From Vermamoeba vermiformis (lineage: Eukaryota), in NCBI GenBank assembly GCA_045837725.1, contig JBEWZL010000200.1, positions 62,001 to 126,000 of the forward strand: a DNA stretch of 64,000 bases. Direction: 5' to 3'. Positions within the stretch are counted from its first letter, which is position 1. Each line of letters begins with the position of its first letter. Positions 49,641-62,671 of this stretch are shown piece by piece. The position numbers were made by a program, and so were the translations under genes. The notes beneath the pieces were generated by a model, which was not told the origin of the DNA, searched no databases, and saw nothing but the letters and a program-made list of their open reading frames with translations.

Positions 49641-52600
49641 ATGGCTAATAATCTAAAAAACGCCGCAGAGGTGGCTCGTAACTTAATTTCAAGCTTCCTT
49701 AATAAACCAACCGTTGGAAATAACACTGTGGCGCAAGATTCGAACGACAAGGTAAGTTAAATCAACAATTTTAGTACGAAATAAATTGTAGTAATTTAAT
49801 ATTAATTTTAGAGTCCGAAATCAACGGATACGCCCAAAATTTCGGTTAAAATTGGTGATCGAGAAACAAAGGATGCACCAACGGCCTCACCAAAGCCTAA
49901 AAACAATCCAGCTGAAAATCCTGAGCCTATTCCAGTAAAAATTAATGATAGCGATATCTTGATTGAAGGAGCTGTTCGGGCTTACGAAGAGCAAACCAGA
50001 AACTGGATCGACGTGAAGTTAAAATTAACGGTCGACGGCAATTTAACTAAAGACGATAAGGTACGACTTACTTATATTATGCGCTTCTTATAGTGATACA
50101 GCAAATAATTTACTAACCTCATCCAGCCAATAGAAATTTCTCCTCTGAACCGAATTGGCCCTTCTCACGTCGTCAACGTACCTGGGGCATTCAATCTCGA
50201 TACTTATCACGAAAGTGATTGGCACCCTGGTAATTTATTCGCTGTGAGCTCGGTTCAGGTAAACAACCGGATTTGGAATTCCAAATCTGCAGTTAATATC
50301 TGTCTAATCGCTTGCATTACTTATAGGACGGTGAAAAATGGTTGAGATGCCTTAATTATGTTCGTTATCACAAGATTAACGCCAACCTACACGAGCATCC
50401 GTTGGACGAAATCTGTCGTAAGGCTCCTTGCCGCATCTGCAAAAAAGAACCAAAAGGCGATAATTCTACTAGTTATTTCGGGTACTCCGATGGATTTGCT
50501 TGCATGTTCTGTAAAGAAGGCGAGTACGAGATCTGCTCTGAATGCCAGCCTCAAGTTGAAGAGCTCCCTAAAGACCTACTTATTACTACCCCTCATCACC
50601 CCCACAAATTAATGGCGTTTGATTCTCCTCGACAACTACATCCGTTCGATCCGCTGTCAAAAGCAGATTCAGGCTTGCCTTGCAACAACTGTGGCAAAAC
50701 TATTATGGGACGCATGTACTACTGTCCCAGATGCGATTACGCCGAATGTATTAGCTGTGCGCCGAGTTCTAGCGGGACAGATCCAGCGATCGGATCTGCT
50801 CCGATGCAGCTCGAAGTCAAGAACTTAAAAGACTATCTTAAGAACGACGAGCCTAACCACTTCAAGCTCTCGGTCAAAGAAAGTCAACGCATGCCTCAAC
50901 GCTTAGCCCTGGTCTCAAACAGACCTTGGAACCTGTCACAAATTGACACCTGTCACGCAGTTGACGCGTACTTTGAAGTGACATTTGAACAGCTCAAACA
51001 AGGCTCGTACGTCTCTGTGGGCGTGGGCAATCAGATCTTCGTGCAGAACAAAAACTTGGGCAATCAGCAGAACAGTTTCGGGTACTGGAACGACGGCTCT
51101 GTAAGTCACCAAACAATAACTCAGAAATAACAATATTAAGCATAATAATAATAATGCTCCTTAATATTGTTTATATTGTTCTAGATTTGGGATTTGAATT
51201 TTTTTTTCAAAGTTTTGATTTAGATCTACTATGCACGTAACTTAATTACATCGCATATGTTTTACAATTCCAAAGACTTATATTTGCATTTGCAGGTGAG
51301 CAGAAACTCCGTGTATGACAACGAAGAGGATTACGGCGCTTACGGCAGCGGTACGATTGGTTAACTTTAAATCTATTTTTGAATATGTTACTGGCGCAAA
51401 TGAATCGATATATATACCTCTATAGTATCATAATTATGGAGGTGTACCTAATATGTTTTTGTTATTGTAGGCGACACGATCGGTGTGGGCGTGTTGCTCG
51501 ACAGCTACAACGAACAAAAATTGTACTTCACGAAGAACGGACAGTTCATTAGTAAGTCTAATTATACCGTTCATGAATCAATAATTATTCCTCGATATTC
51601 ATGAATAAGAACTATTTGCAGTGAGCGTTGATTTACCAAAAAAAGAAGTTTTGTTTGGGTGCAGTAAGTTTTAACGCATCTTTCTATTTTTAGAATCGTT
51701 TGGCAAAAAAGTCCATCGTGGCATGGATTGCTTCCCAGGCGTGTCATTCTCGAACGACTCAGAAGTCAAATTTAGCGTCAATTTCACTGGCCCATTCAAA
51801 TTCGACGTAAATTCAGTGCCTGATTACAGAAACGATCGTGCATGCAGATTCGGAGCTGCTCCGACAGAAATCATTGCACAAATTTTTTACTGGGCCGCTG
51901 AAACTCCGATGCAAGCCGCTGAGTGGCGCACAGTAAGTCACCAAAAAAAACTTTCCCAAAACGAATTTTCAACGAATTTTCTCATTTTTGCATATTTGCA
52001 GCTGTCCAAGAAGATGAACGAAGCAGCGTCGCACAATATCTTGTGGAGGGCTTTATATTTGCAAAAATTTCCGAACCAAAACTCGAACTTGAAGATCAAG
52101 TCATGGATGAACTTTTATAAGCGTCGTAACGTCGCAAACAAGGAAAAGGGACCTTTTGGCAATACGTATCAACTCATTGGTACGTAACAGACCATTTCTC
52201 AGAAAATTTTTGGTCGATCCAAAATTTTTCTCTCGAGTTTACTTCACAACCAGTATTTACTAATTTAATGTTTAAAATGTTTTCCAGGGACTAATTTTTT
52301 GTTTCTACAGAGAACTGTGACTTTGAGTTCGAGTGTCCGTTAATCTTCGACAAGTTGGAACAAAAAGATCCAAGCCAGTACCAAGAACGATTTTGCAACA
52401 AATGCAACAAGACTGTTTATCAAGGTACGTTATATATATAGACAATATTATAGTCCAAACAACTACAGAACTTTTTAGAAATTTCCTAAAATAGTAATCA
52501 AACTTTGATGCGACGGATCTGATTTCCGAAATTTTTTAATTTGAATAATTCTGAGTACTTATTATTATATAATTGTATTAACTCTTGGTGTCTTCAGTGT

Positions 52601-52797
52601 TTGGCGAGGATCAGTTGAAAGAATACATCACCATGGGTCGTTGCGTGACATTGTATTCGAGCGAGAACAGTGGCATCATGATGCCGAGAATGGGCTCAGC
52701 TCCTGCTCCGAGAATTCGGATCCCTAAGCCTTTTGCAACTCCCAATCTGCCACTCGGTGGTCCACCACTGCCTGATCACGAAGAACTGTACTATTAA
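49641..52797 (+). CDS. PH-like + Cys/His-rich (C1/DC1-like) + SPRY + F-box protein
   Basis: HxHxL..CxxC fingers, YFEV..VSVG..SFGYWNDG..GDTIGVG..YFTKNG (SPRY), PTEIIAQIF..LWRALY (F-box). Confidence 0.75.
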
Positions 52798-53826
52798 CGA
52801 ATCTCTTTGAAATTTTTCTGGGAGATTAAATACTATACAATATATTCTCAAATTTACCCTTGGATGTATTCTGCCGAACAAAATTGTTTAATATCGCAAT
52901 CGAGCGCTCGATATTGGCCAATATTCCAGGTCCTTTAGTGGAGCAGCTCCAATGTTCGCATTGCGTTGTTCGTCCAGCCAAATGTTACAGTGGGGTAGTA
53001 CAAGGCTTAGCATAGAGAACTTTTCGCTCTATTTTTGTTGAGAGAATCATGCGCCTTCTAGCCATATAATAATATTGTTAATTAACAACGTACTTGCACG
53101 AGGTTAGCTGCTTAGCAAAGTTCAAATAGACCTTCCTAAATATTGTACAATAATGCGTATGACCAAAGGAGGGAGCATGAGACAACATTTGCGATTGCAC
53201 AGGAAAGATGGAATAAGATTGGAATCGGTCCCTATCTTCGCCATCCAAGCTTTGTACGCAAAAAGAAGTCCTATAATACCAAAGTATCGCGTAATTTGAA
53301 CCGTAGTTTTGTCGAGGACGGTGGTGTGCCTAAATTGGTTTAAAAAAATGTTTCCTTTAATTGAATGAACTTACCGTTCGGAATGACAGATTGGTACGTC
53401 GACTTGACATGAGAAGAGACGGCGAATTATTTGCGTTGAATAGTTGTTCATACAAGAGCATTATCATCGACTGCTCGTTCATTTTGAAGTTCTTCTATTC
53501 TGCTGTATTGTGGTGGACGAGCTATATTTGTCTTTGATACTTTGCTTATTAATATTCAGATTTAATAAGGACGTACCTAGGAGGTGCAAAGTTAATCTTG
53601 CGAGTGGGTTGAAGTTGTTCTGACTCGGGATTGGATCCGCAGAAACTTTTTCGTTGTTACTTTTTTGTAGGCCAGACTGATGGACGACTATGTATGTGGT
53701 ACCTGCACTATTTATATTAAGAACGCTTACGTATGATTTTTGCAATTGAATTTTATTTCGCGTTGATCCGGGCTGGATTCGTTTCGTTTAGAGTCTCTGT
53801 TTGTTTTAGAATATTATGAATTATTC

Positions 53827-56411
53827 TTAGCGACCCCATCCAAAGAGCATAGGACTGGCATATGCCATAGGAGGTACGTTTGGATGCGGCACGCATTCGT
53901 ATGAAACAAATTCAGGCTTCATTGCCGGCGCTTTGAAATTGATAAAAGCTCCCTTATTGCCGATTTGATCGCAGTAGTTAGGTGCTGAGAATACTGTAAT
54001 CAACTTGCCATCAGCTTCGACCTAATTGAATAAAAATAAAATTAGATCCTGCGATCGCGTACTGAATTCAAATCCGCATTTTTTTAAACTTACTTCATAG
54101 CCTTCATCCTTGACCTCATGCGATCTCACTACGAGCTCCAAGTTATTAGCCTTCAAGAACCGTTGAACTACGTCAGGACCGAATGATTTGCCAACTCCTC
54201 GCTTGCTTGGTCCCCATCCGTTCTGAGGTTGAGGATCTGCCCATAACATATCCGACATCAAGCCTAATATACATAATTAGCCTCGATTACAATTTTGGCA
54301 TCAATCTAAACGCTCTAGAAACCGCTACAAATTTCGAAGAAAAAAAGATCCGATCTAAAAAAAAAGACGTACCTTCAATAGGAGGCTCGCAAACGCGTGG
54401 AATTTTTCTGATTTGTGATAAAGTAATTCCGTCTTGGCTGAACAAACCACCGTGCACGACGTAGACTTTGTTGTTGATAACGTGAGCCAGAGGCAAGTAG
54501 CAGAACACTTCGCAGAACAATTCATAAGCCAATTCGCCGTATTTAACTCGCACTTCTCCTTCGAAACCTAATTGAAAAAATTAGCATTCGAATTTCGTCA
54601 ACGAAGTTTACTGTAAACGGATCGAAAGCAGATCTTGCATTAAATTGATTTAAATTAGTATTGATTAATGCCTAATTATGAGAAATAATATACTATATAC
54701 GCTATAGTGTCAATTAATTTTGATCTTGCTTAAATGTTGGATTCAGCATGCAAATTTGATCGCTGTTTGGTAACGATTTCGAGCAGGTGTGTATAATAGC
54801 CTAATAAGGAAATAAGACCACGTACCATAAAATCTGTTTTGCTGTCTCGCCTCGTGGTTACCACGTGCCAAATGGAAGTGATTAGGGTACAAGCACTTGT
54901 AGGCCAATAGCGTCAATATGACCTCGCACGAAAAACTTCCTCGGTCAACGAAATCTCCGTTAAACAAGTACGGATTGGTCGGTGACGGTTCACCGTTCAA
55001 TTTGAATATATTAAGCAAGTCGTAGTATTGGCCGTGAATATCTCCGCAGACAGTCATTTTGCCCTCGTCGGGAATGTTAATGTCGACCAGTGTCGGTAAC
55101 TCCGCCAAAATTTGTTTTGAAAGCTGCAAAATTTGATAAACATACCTATATATAAAGTATTATTATATATACGCATCATAATAATTAATAATAAATAAAA
55201 AAAATTGTTAGGTCTTGCGAACAAATTTGCCGTACAATTTTAGCATTAATAATAATATGATCCATTTGCTAATATTATAAATATGAATACTATGGTAGTC
55301 CTAAGACTAATTTAGAATTCGAAAATATTTTCAGATAAATTAAACTGAACCGTCAATTCCATCATCAGCCGTCCCATATTAAATTTACCGATCTTAACGT
55401 ACTTTTTGTGAATTTTTCGCTGCGCTCTGAAGTCTTCAATCATTGCTTTAACAAACTCTTCAGTAATAGTGCCAGCCTCGAATTTGGGACCAGTATAACC
55501 ATCAGTAGCTACATCATTATTATTAGTTATTATCGAATAATATTATATTATTATTATTCAATATTTTTCTTACTAATTTTTTCCAATTCTACGCGTTTAA
55601 AAGCTGAATTTTGCAACATTTCTTTTTCGATAGCTAATTGAGCCTTGTATTGTTCGTATTCTTTGCGGCATCGTTCATATTGTTCTGATGCTTCGCGATC
55701 GCCAGGCACGATCTTAGTTACCTACAATTAAATGTTAATTAACGGATCCACTTTTGCTAATTTACAGAGAAAATTCGTTTATTTTTTGCTTAACCGATTA
55801 GTTTCTTAAATTAAGGACTTAAAAATACTATTATCTGCGTATCACTTATTTAATAAATTTATATAAATATGACTGATTTGATACTAAAAATATCGAGGTG
55901 CGATCTGCATCCAAAAACAAGTTCTCACGTGTCAAGAAATAACTTACCCTCCGCAGGTCATTAATAGCTTCTGTGTATTTACCCAAAGCCAAGTAGCAAG
56001 TACCACGGCGATAATAAGCTGTTAAAAATCAGTTAGATCAAATCTGGTTTTTTAACGTCTAGAAACGAGATTAAAATATGTGAATAAATTGACAATATAA
56101 TAATATGTTATTAAATATAATTAATATCAATAATTGACAGCAGTTTAATTTTTGTGTCGTAATTAAAATTTAAAATTACCTTTTACATATTTAGGGTCGA
56201 GTTCGATGGCTCTGGATGCGTCGTCGAGACCAAGACCGAATTGTTCTATTTTAATAAAAGTCATAGACCTGTTTGCATATAAAATGGCATTGTTTTCGTC
56301 CAAATCTATGGCTTTTGTGTAAAGATCGATCGCTTCATGCAACTTGTTTTCTTTGAAGAGATTATTAGCTTGAAGCTTTAATTGTTCAGCTTTAGCCTTA
56401 TTGTCGCTCAT
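53827..56411 (-). CDS. PPP5C: Ser/Thr protein phosphatase 5 (TPR + PPP catalytic domain)
   Basis: N-terminal TPRs; [35 protein letters not shown]-terminal [11 protein letters not shown]. Confidence 0.95.
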
Positions 56412-57146
56412 AGTTGCTTCGGTTGGGCTCTTCTGGTGGCTAGTTTGGTCGATCAAGAACAAAAACCTGGGATAATATCCACGAGTTTAATTTACGTTCG
56501 AAACCGTTGCGGTTGAATAGAACTCATGGAATATATTAATATCTATCTTACTCTAGGGGTCCGTATGGATAATAGATTATAACGGTCTCAAATATTTTTG
56601 ATCAAACGATCCAAATCCGGATTTCTGTTTTAAAACAATAATTTTGCGCTTATTACGATAATTTTTAACATAATACTTGCAGTATGAATCAATTGCCTAA
56701 CGATAAATAATGTTTTTTAAAAAGAAAAATCTTTCTTTATGCCAGTGCGGGCGCTAGCGAACTAATTTGAAAGCCTTAATATAGTAACCGTAATATACCG
56801 AATAATGGTCAGGAAAAACAGTTGCATAGTGGTTGTTTGAAGTAAGTTCCCAGGCTTGTTTAGATCTACATAATCAGTACTAACGGATTGCACTTGTTTT
56901 CAGATTTTATAACGATACTAACGCTACGCTACTACTATCCTGTATCGCAAAATAACATGTTATTATTAATAACACATCACTGTGAAATCTACGCGCGTGT
57001 GATTTTTTTAATGCGACCCTTCCCAAGAGCGGTTCACAAACGCGTTCTTATTAACTGCATTGCTCGGCTTTTTTCAACAGTTTTAAGTTAATTGGATTAA
57101 TAGTGCACGATAAACACGTCTGATCGCTCGAAGAAAGAACAGAATA

Positions 57147-58533
57147 ATGAACAACAAATCCGTCCTTTCGATTGCTCTTTTGGTTTTAATAGCCTGCCAA
57201 GCAACACTCGGCCAATGGTCTTTTTCTTCGGTAACTGGATTCTCACAAGTCACTCAATTGCAACTACATTCGGATGCGTTTTTTGGAATCTGCTCTAGCG
57301 ACGTACCATACCTCAGACAGCTATGTCGGGCGACTCTAACTTCTTCAAATTCGCTCGAGGTATCGAATATCTTGCCTTTCGATGCGCCTATCAGCAATTT
57401 CGCCGCGGTCGCATCTCCTACAAACGATCTGTTTTTTACCGGAGGACTTTCCGCTCCCGTTGCAGTAGCTTCACGTAAGTTATAATATATTCCCATAGTA
57501 TATAGTACTGATTAACGTCATATAGGCAATAATACCGAGTTTGTGACCTCGTCTTTCGAGTATCAACAATCGAGCCGGAACGTCACCTTTGCACCCCGTT
57601 ATTTCGGTACTGTCGTCGCCAGTGCCATTGACTTCTTGACTACATCTCAAGGCCCTGTCCTCGCACAATACCATCTTGCGTACGACATCAACAGAATGAA
57701 TAATACTGTTACGTGGCTCGTGCAACGTATCGTTCCAGACAGATCCGATTTGGACCTTGCATGGACTATCAACGACTTTATTCCTGCTAGATGCGCTGCA
57801 ACATTTCTTGTCGAGCCCGTATATACTTCTATCTCTACTTCAACCAATGGCAGCAAAATTTTGTCGATCGGATTCGCTGGACCTTCGCGCGACTGCTCTG
57901 GACTTTACCAATTCACTTTGCCTACGAATGCTGCTCTTAATGACTTGGCTCCACGAAGAAGAGTTTTATTTGCATCAACCGCCATGGCAATCAACAACGA
58001 CGTCATGTTTTATTTTTCAGCGAGTTTGTGCCGCATCGGCTTAGTGAACGAAGGAGTTGCTCAATGCACGCCCGTGACTGCCAATACAGATGCTACGCAA
58101 ATAGTAGTGAACAATAACATGATCTACGTCGCATACAGCATGAGATGGATCGAAATTTATGATCTCGATCTTCAATCGAGCTTGTCGAACCGATTTTTGC
58201 GTATTAACGTCACAGCAGACTGCATTAGCTATTAAAGGTGACTCTATAATCATGACCTACAGAGAAATGCGCGACGGAAGAATGGTTGCCATGTCTGCAT
58301 CCGCACCCGTTTCAACTTCATTCATTACGCTCCAACAATTACAAGAACCGATCTTCGAAACAGTACCGACAATATACGGTGCCGATGTGGTGGTTGGACT
58401 GGCTGTTAGCCTTGCCGTTGCTGGAGTACTCGCTATCGTCGGATGGGCTTTGTTTTTCGTGATGAGAAGAAAAGCGCTGCCCTATTTCAAAGCTGACGCG
58501 CATGTAATGCTTAACGAACAGCTTGTTAAATAA
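57147..58533 (+). CDS. Type I membrane protein with beta-rich ectodomain; +1 frame break near 58210
   Basis: Signal peptide, one intron, TM VVVGLAVSLAVAGVLAIVGWALFFVM followed by RRK. Confidence 0.6.
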
Positions 58534-58628
58534 ATTATCCCTTGGTTTTAAACTACTTATTAATTCGGAATAGCTAAAAAAGGATCGCAAGAGCGAACTT
58601 TTTATTTTTAATAAGAATATCTCGTTTA

Positions 58629-60009
58629 CTAAGTACTTCTCACGTACTGAATCTCGTCGTCGGTCCAAATGAGAGAAATGGTGCTGTTCAAGCTGACAGC
58701 GTACACGTGAGATCCCTGGCCAGAAGGGAATTTCATAAACGTGACTGGTTGATCGGGTAATTCAACACCCGCTTTGAAATAAAATGCCACGTTAAACTTG
58801 GTATCTTTCAGCTTGCCAAATCTGAACACTCGAATGACAGGAGAGGCAGCGCTATCACCGACGGTAACTTGAACTAAGGCTGGATTTGCTGGATTCGCTG
58901 ATTTAATAGACAAGCTGCCGTACTCAATGGTCAAGTCGTTGTATAAATCGATGCTATGCGAAACAATGATATCGCCTTGGATGGTAGTAGCAGTACGCAC
59001 AGTGAAAACATTGTTCAATGTAATGCTTGGCGCTCGTACAAAGTCAAACGCTAAAAGTTACCGTTAAAATCGTCGTATTAATGAGGACATAATATTACTT
59101 ACAGACTGGATAGTTGAAAGTCAAAGCCTTTTGTGATTCAAGTTCATGAAAGTCCACTTCCCTCTCGACATCCAATAAATCCACAGACAGCCTGGCAGGA
59201 AGATAACTATAACCGTAGACTGGGGAGACGTAGAAGTATCTTGCGATTATCTCTGTTCTCACGGCATATAGCATTCCTCTCTCAATAGTGCCGAGTAGTT
59301 GTAAACTGTCCGTGAAATATGTATCGCCAAAAAGATTCACAATGCCGCCGGCTATGAGGCTAGCAGCTTCAAGACTTCCGTACATTTGAATAAAAGTGGA
59401 GTTGATTGCGATATTGCCTGCCTGTTTGTGAAAATTCAATAAAACCAAATCAAGACGTAAATTTTATAAGGGTCTATTACCTTCACATCTCCATATACTC
59501 TCATACTATTCACGTTAATGTCTCGAAAAGAAATAGCGCCCTTAGTAATGAGGTCTTCACCTTGATTGTGGTCGTCCAGAGTAACAAACACACTCCCGTC
59601 GGTTGCGTTGAATGAACCCATTGCGTTGAGCATACCAACAGCTAACTGCGCACCAACGGTAATTCTGATGCCCCGTGGGTTGACGTTGAGGTTTACATTA
59701 AATTTAAGCGAGGCGAGTGAGAGAGGAGTAAAGGTGATCAGATCTACCTCTACACGTTCAACGACCAAAGAGTCTCCATTGCCTAAATAATTATTATTAA
59801 AGTTTTTTCTTTTTAAATGCAAGTAGATCGCGAATATTACTTGGTACAACGGCTTCGTTCCAAAAGATCGGATTCGCTATATTGCACTTAGGGCCGCCCC
59901 GCATCAGAGGGCAACTTGAAGCCATTGAAGTATTGAAGTGCAATGTCCTGCAGTGCACGGAGGCAAGCGCCAAAGCAAGTACGAGTAGTAGCAACGAGTA
60001 CGATCTCAT
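58629..60009 (-). CDS. Secreted beta-strand-rich protein of unknown function
   Basis: Signal peptide MRSYSLLLLVLALALASVHC; 4 exons with GT-AG introns. Confidence 0.6.
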
Positions 60010-60419
60010 TTCGGAGTTTGTGGGCTGATGTGTTGTTAAGCGAAAACGACAAAAATAAATAAGCGACGTGGTCTTCGTACCAAAACGATGGAACAAAGAT
60101 GACCAAATCGAACAATATAAACGAGAACACTTTTTTCGGGACTATTGGAGTACCAAACTTGCTAAGGCCCCCCATTCGGCGTTTTTAGGCACGTGATAGT
60201 CCCGTTACGCGAACCATGTTCTGTTACCTAATTTGGCGTCCGTAAAAATGTCAAACCCCTGAAATGGTGCCCAGATTATTCCCGGCCTTTTTGTACTAAA
60301 TTTTGAAAAAGTAAATCCGTAGTTCAAATTACGGTAGCAAAACCTTTTAATAATTATATCTGTGAATATATAATACAATTAAATACATACTTTAATGGAT
60401 GCATTCGTTCGGATGAAGC

Positions 60420-61080
60420 CTAATCGTCTTTGGATGCAGTTTTTGGCAATTGTTGTTTGATAACGTCGTAACCCAAACAAAGAGCCATTAACGCGCTCAT
60501 GCCCCAAGTCATCAACACACCAGCAGTGGGCTCGAAGGTCTTGTAATAGAACACTTCGCGCGTCATAGCAACTAACGAGGCCACGTACGAGAAGAAAGTA
60601 GCCATTGTCAACGGACCGTTCTGACGATCAAAGGATAAAAGGAGCTAATCGAAGAAATATATGAGTACGTACTAACATTATAAATTATTTAATTAGCAGC
60701 TAAAAGGAAATTTTGGTAACGAGTGAAATCACTGATCCACCCATTCCGAAAAGAAAATATAATAATAGAAATTAATTTAATTTTAAAATATACCGTCATG
60801 ATAATCGGTCAGGAGAGCAATAGATTTTCTGGAGTTTAATTAAATATTTTTTATATTAATTTGAAAGAATCTTTACCCTGAGAGGAGATACGCCAAGATC
60901 ATAATAAGTCCATACACGTCCACTTAATTGATTATTTAAGGGGTGCACCATACCGCACATCTCTTTGTAAAGAGAAGGCGAATACAGATTTAAACCAATG
61001 TTGAAGAAGCCTTGAAAGGCGCTGTAGCGGAGCAAATACGTGACTGACTTGGAGACGAAGGCTGATACTTTGTTGTCCAT
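60420..61080 (-). CDS. ERG28: ERG28-like small membrane protein
   Basis: SGRVWTYYDLGVSPLR|LLLSFDRQNGPLTMATFFSYVASLVAMTREVFYYKT fits the ERG28 pattern in size and motif spacing, though divergent. Confidence 0.55.
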
Positions 61081-61494
61081 ATTGACGTCGTGAGTATTAA
61101 TACTGAAAAAACACCCCAACAAAAAATAAGGCTTTGTTCCCCACGTCCCCAAGAATTGAGTGCAGATCGGAATTTTTTTTCAATCTCGCGCACGACGAAG
61201 TTGAACAATTTAGTATTTGCGAAAAACGCCAATCTTTCCCTAGAGGAAGACCACAAAACCGGGACTTAACCTAATTCCTTTTAAGGACTTAGTGGATTAG
61301 ACGAACGTTAGTTTATCACAGTCAAAATCAAAGATATGCATAGAATAATAGACACGCCTTAGTAGTGTTAAGTAATGACTATCAATAAGGTGACATGATA
61401 AATCACAACTTCAAAAAGAGAATCACATCCTCTTAGCTAAGTTTTTCGCTTTTAATTTTTCAAAATCAAAGCTAAGCTCAATAATATGCACACA

Positions 61495-62366
61495 ATGGCA
61501 CGCGCAATTATTTTATTCCTCGCTGTGTTCGCCTCAAGCTGCCTCGCCCAGAACATCACGTGCGCGAGAGACACTGATTGCCCAAGGAGCGCATTTTGTC
61601 TCTTTCCACCTGGATTGTGCGGTGCTCCTTCTTTATTTTCGGAGGGAAGTCCAGCGCTAGGCACTTGTCAAGTCATTCCTTCAGACTGCAGCGACTGGCC
61701 TAAGATCCCAAGTAAGATCCATCCCAATAATTTGTACTTTTTTATTTTAAATCGCTACGGTATTTGCAACACTTCATAATAATTTTAATCCTTATCGTAG
61801 TTTAATTAAAATTATTAGTTAATTTTTTAAAAAGATCTCATTTTTGACACTTTGACACTCTCGCGACGTAACGTCGGCAATCCATGAAGTTACGTTCTAA
61901 TATGACAATTATATGTAGCATGTGGATGTGATCGAAAGGACTACCCGAACCCTTGTTACGCGTGGCAAAATCGAACTTCGGTGTTTCTTCAGGGCAGCTG
62001 TTCTCGTGAGTGTCAATCAACCGCGTTGATTTCAGTGAAAATCACTATGAAAATTTTAACTAATTAAGTAATATTAACGAAGTAGAGATGAAGACGTGCC
62101 TTTCCAGCAAGGATTGTCCTCAAACTCAATATTGCCAATTCTCAGATGTAAGTGCGCTGCTATAGATATAGTATATATAACAGATATATTATACTTAGTT
62201 GTATTGCGGTCAAACGAGCCAAGGAATATGCGCTCAACGGCCGAACGTCTGCGCTACAAATGACGATGGAGCCTGTGCCTGCGATGGCTATTTCTACCGC
62301 AACTCGTGCTATGCTGCTGCAGCGGGCAACAGTCCGTGGTATATGCCTATTTGCCCAAAAGCGTAA
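61495..62366 (+). CDS. Secreted Cys-rich protein with two Kazal-like domains
   Basis: Signal peptide; CGCDRKDYPNPCYA and CACDGYFYRNSCYAAAAG. Confidence 0.75.
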
Positions 62367-62671
62367 ACTTTAAGTCTTGGTCTCGCAGGATCCTGAATCC
62401 GAACTCGTTACAAATTTTGGCGCTCTGTTAAACAAAAATAAATATTTTGACTAAACTGGTGGCATATTGGTCGAATAATGAACTTCTATCATTTGGATGC
62501 TTAATGAACTTTGCTGATTACCAGATCCACAGCTACGGAAAAATGACGAATTTTCTTGTTTCATAAAAGCGTGTGACACCAAGGGCCCGACCTGTGCATT
62601 TAAATTCGTATTCTTTTATTGCTAAGCACCTCAAGAGGCAAGTAAGTTGAGAGACTAGTCAGATTTCGAAG

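Noticed and set aside
52890-53745. Possible small spliced minus-strand gene between the SPRY gene and PP5
   Set aside because: Splice-like sites and an open frame exist, but no recognisable protein; cannot be supported without transcripts
60138-60204. 9-bp inverted repeat CGGGACTAT/ATAGTCCCG as a possible MITE
   Set aside because: Too short, no TSD, no second copy in the window
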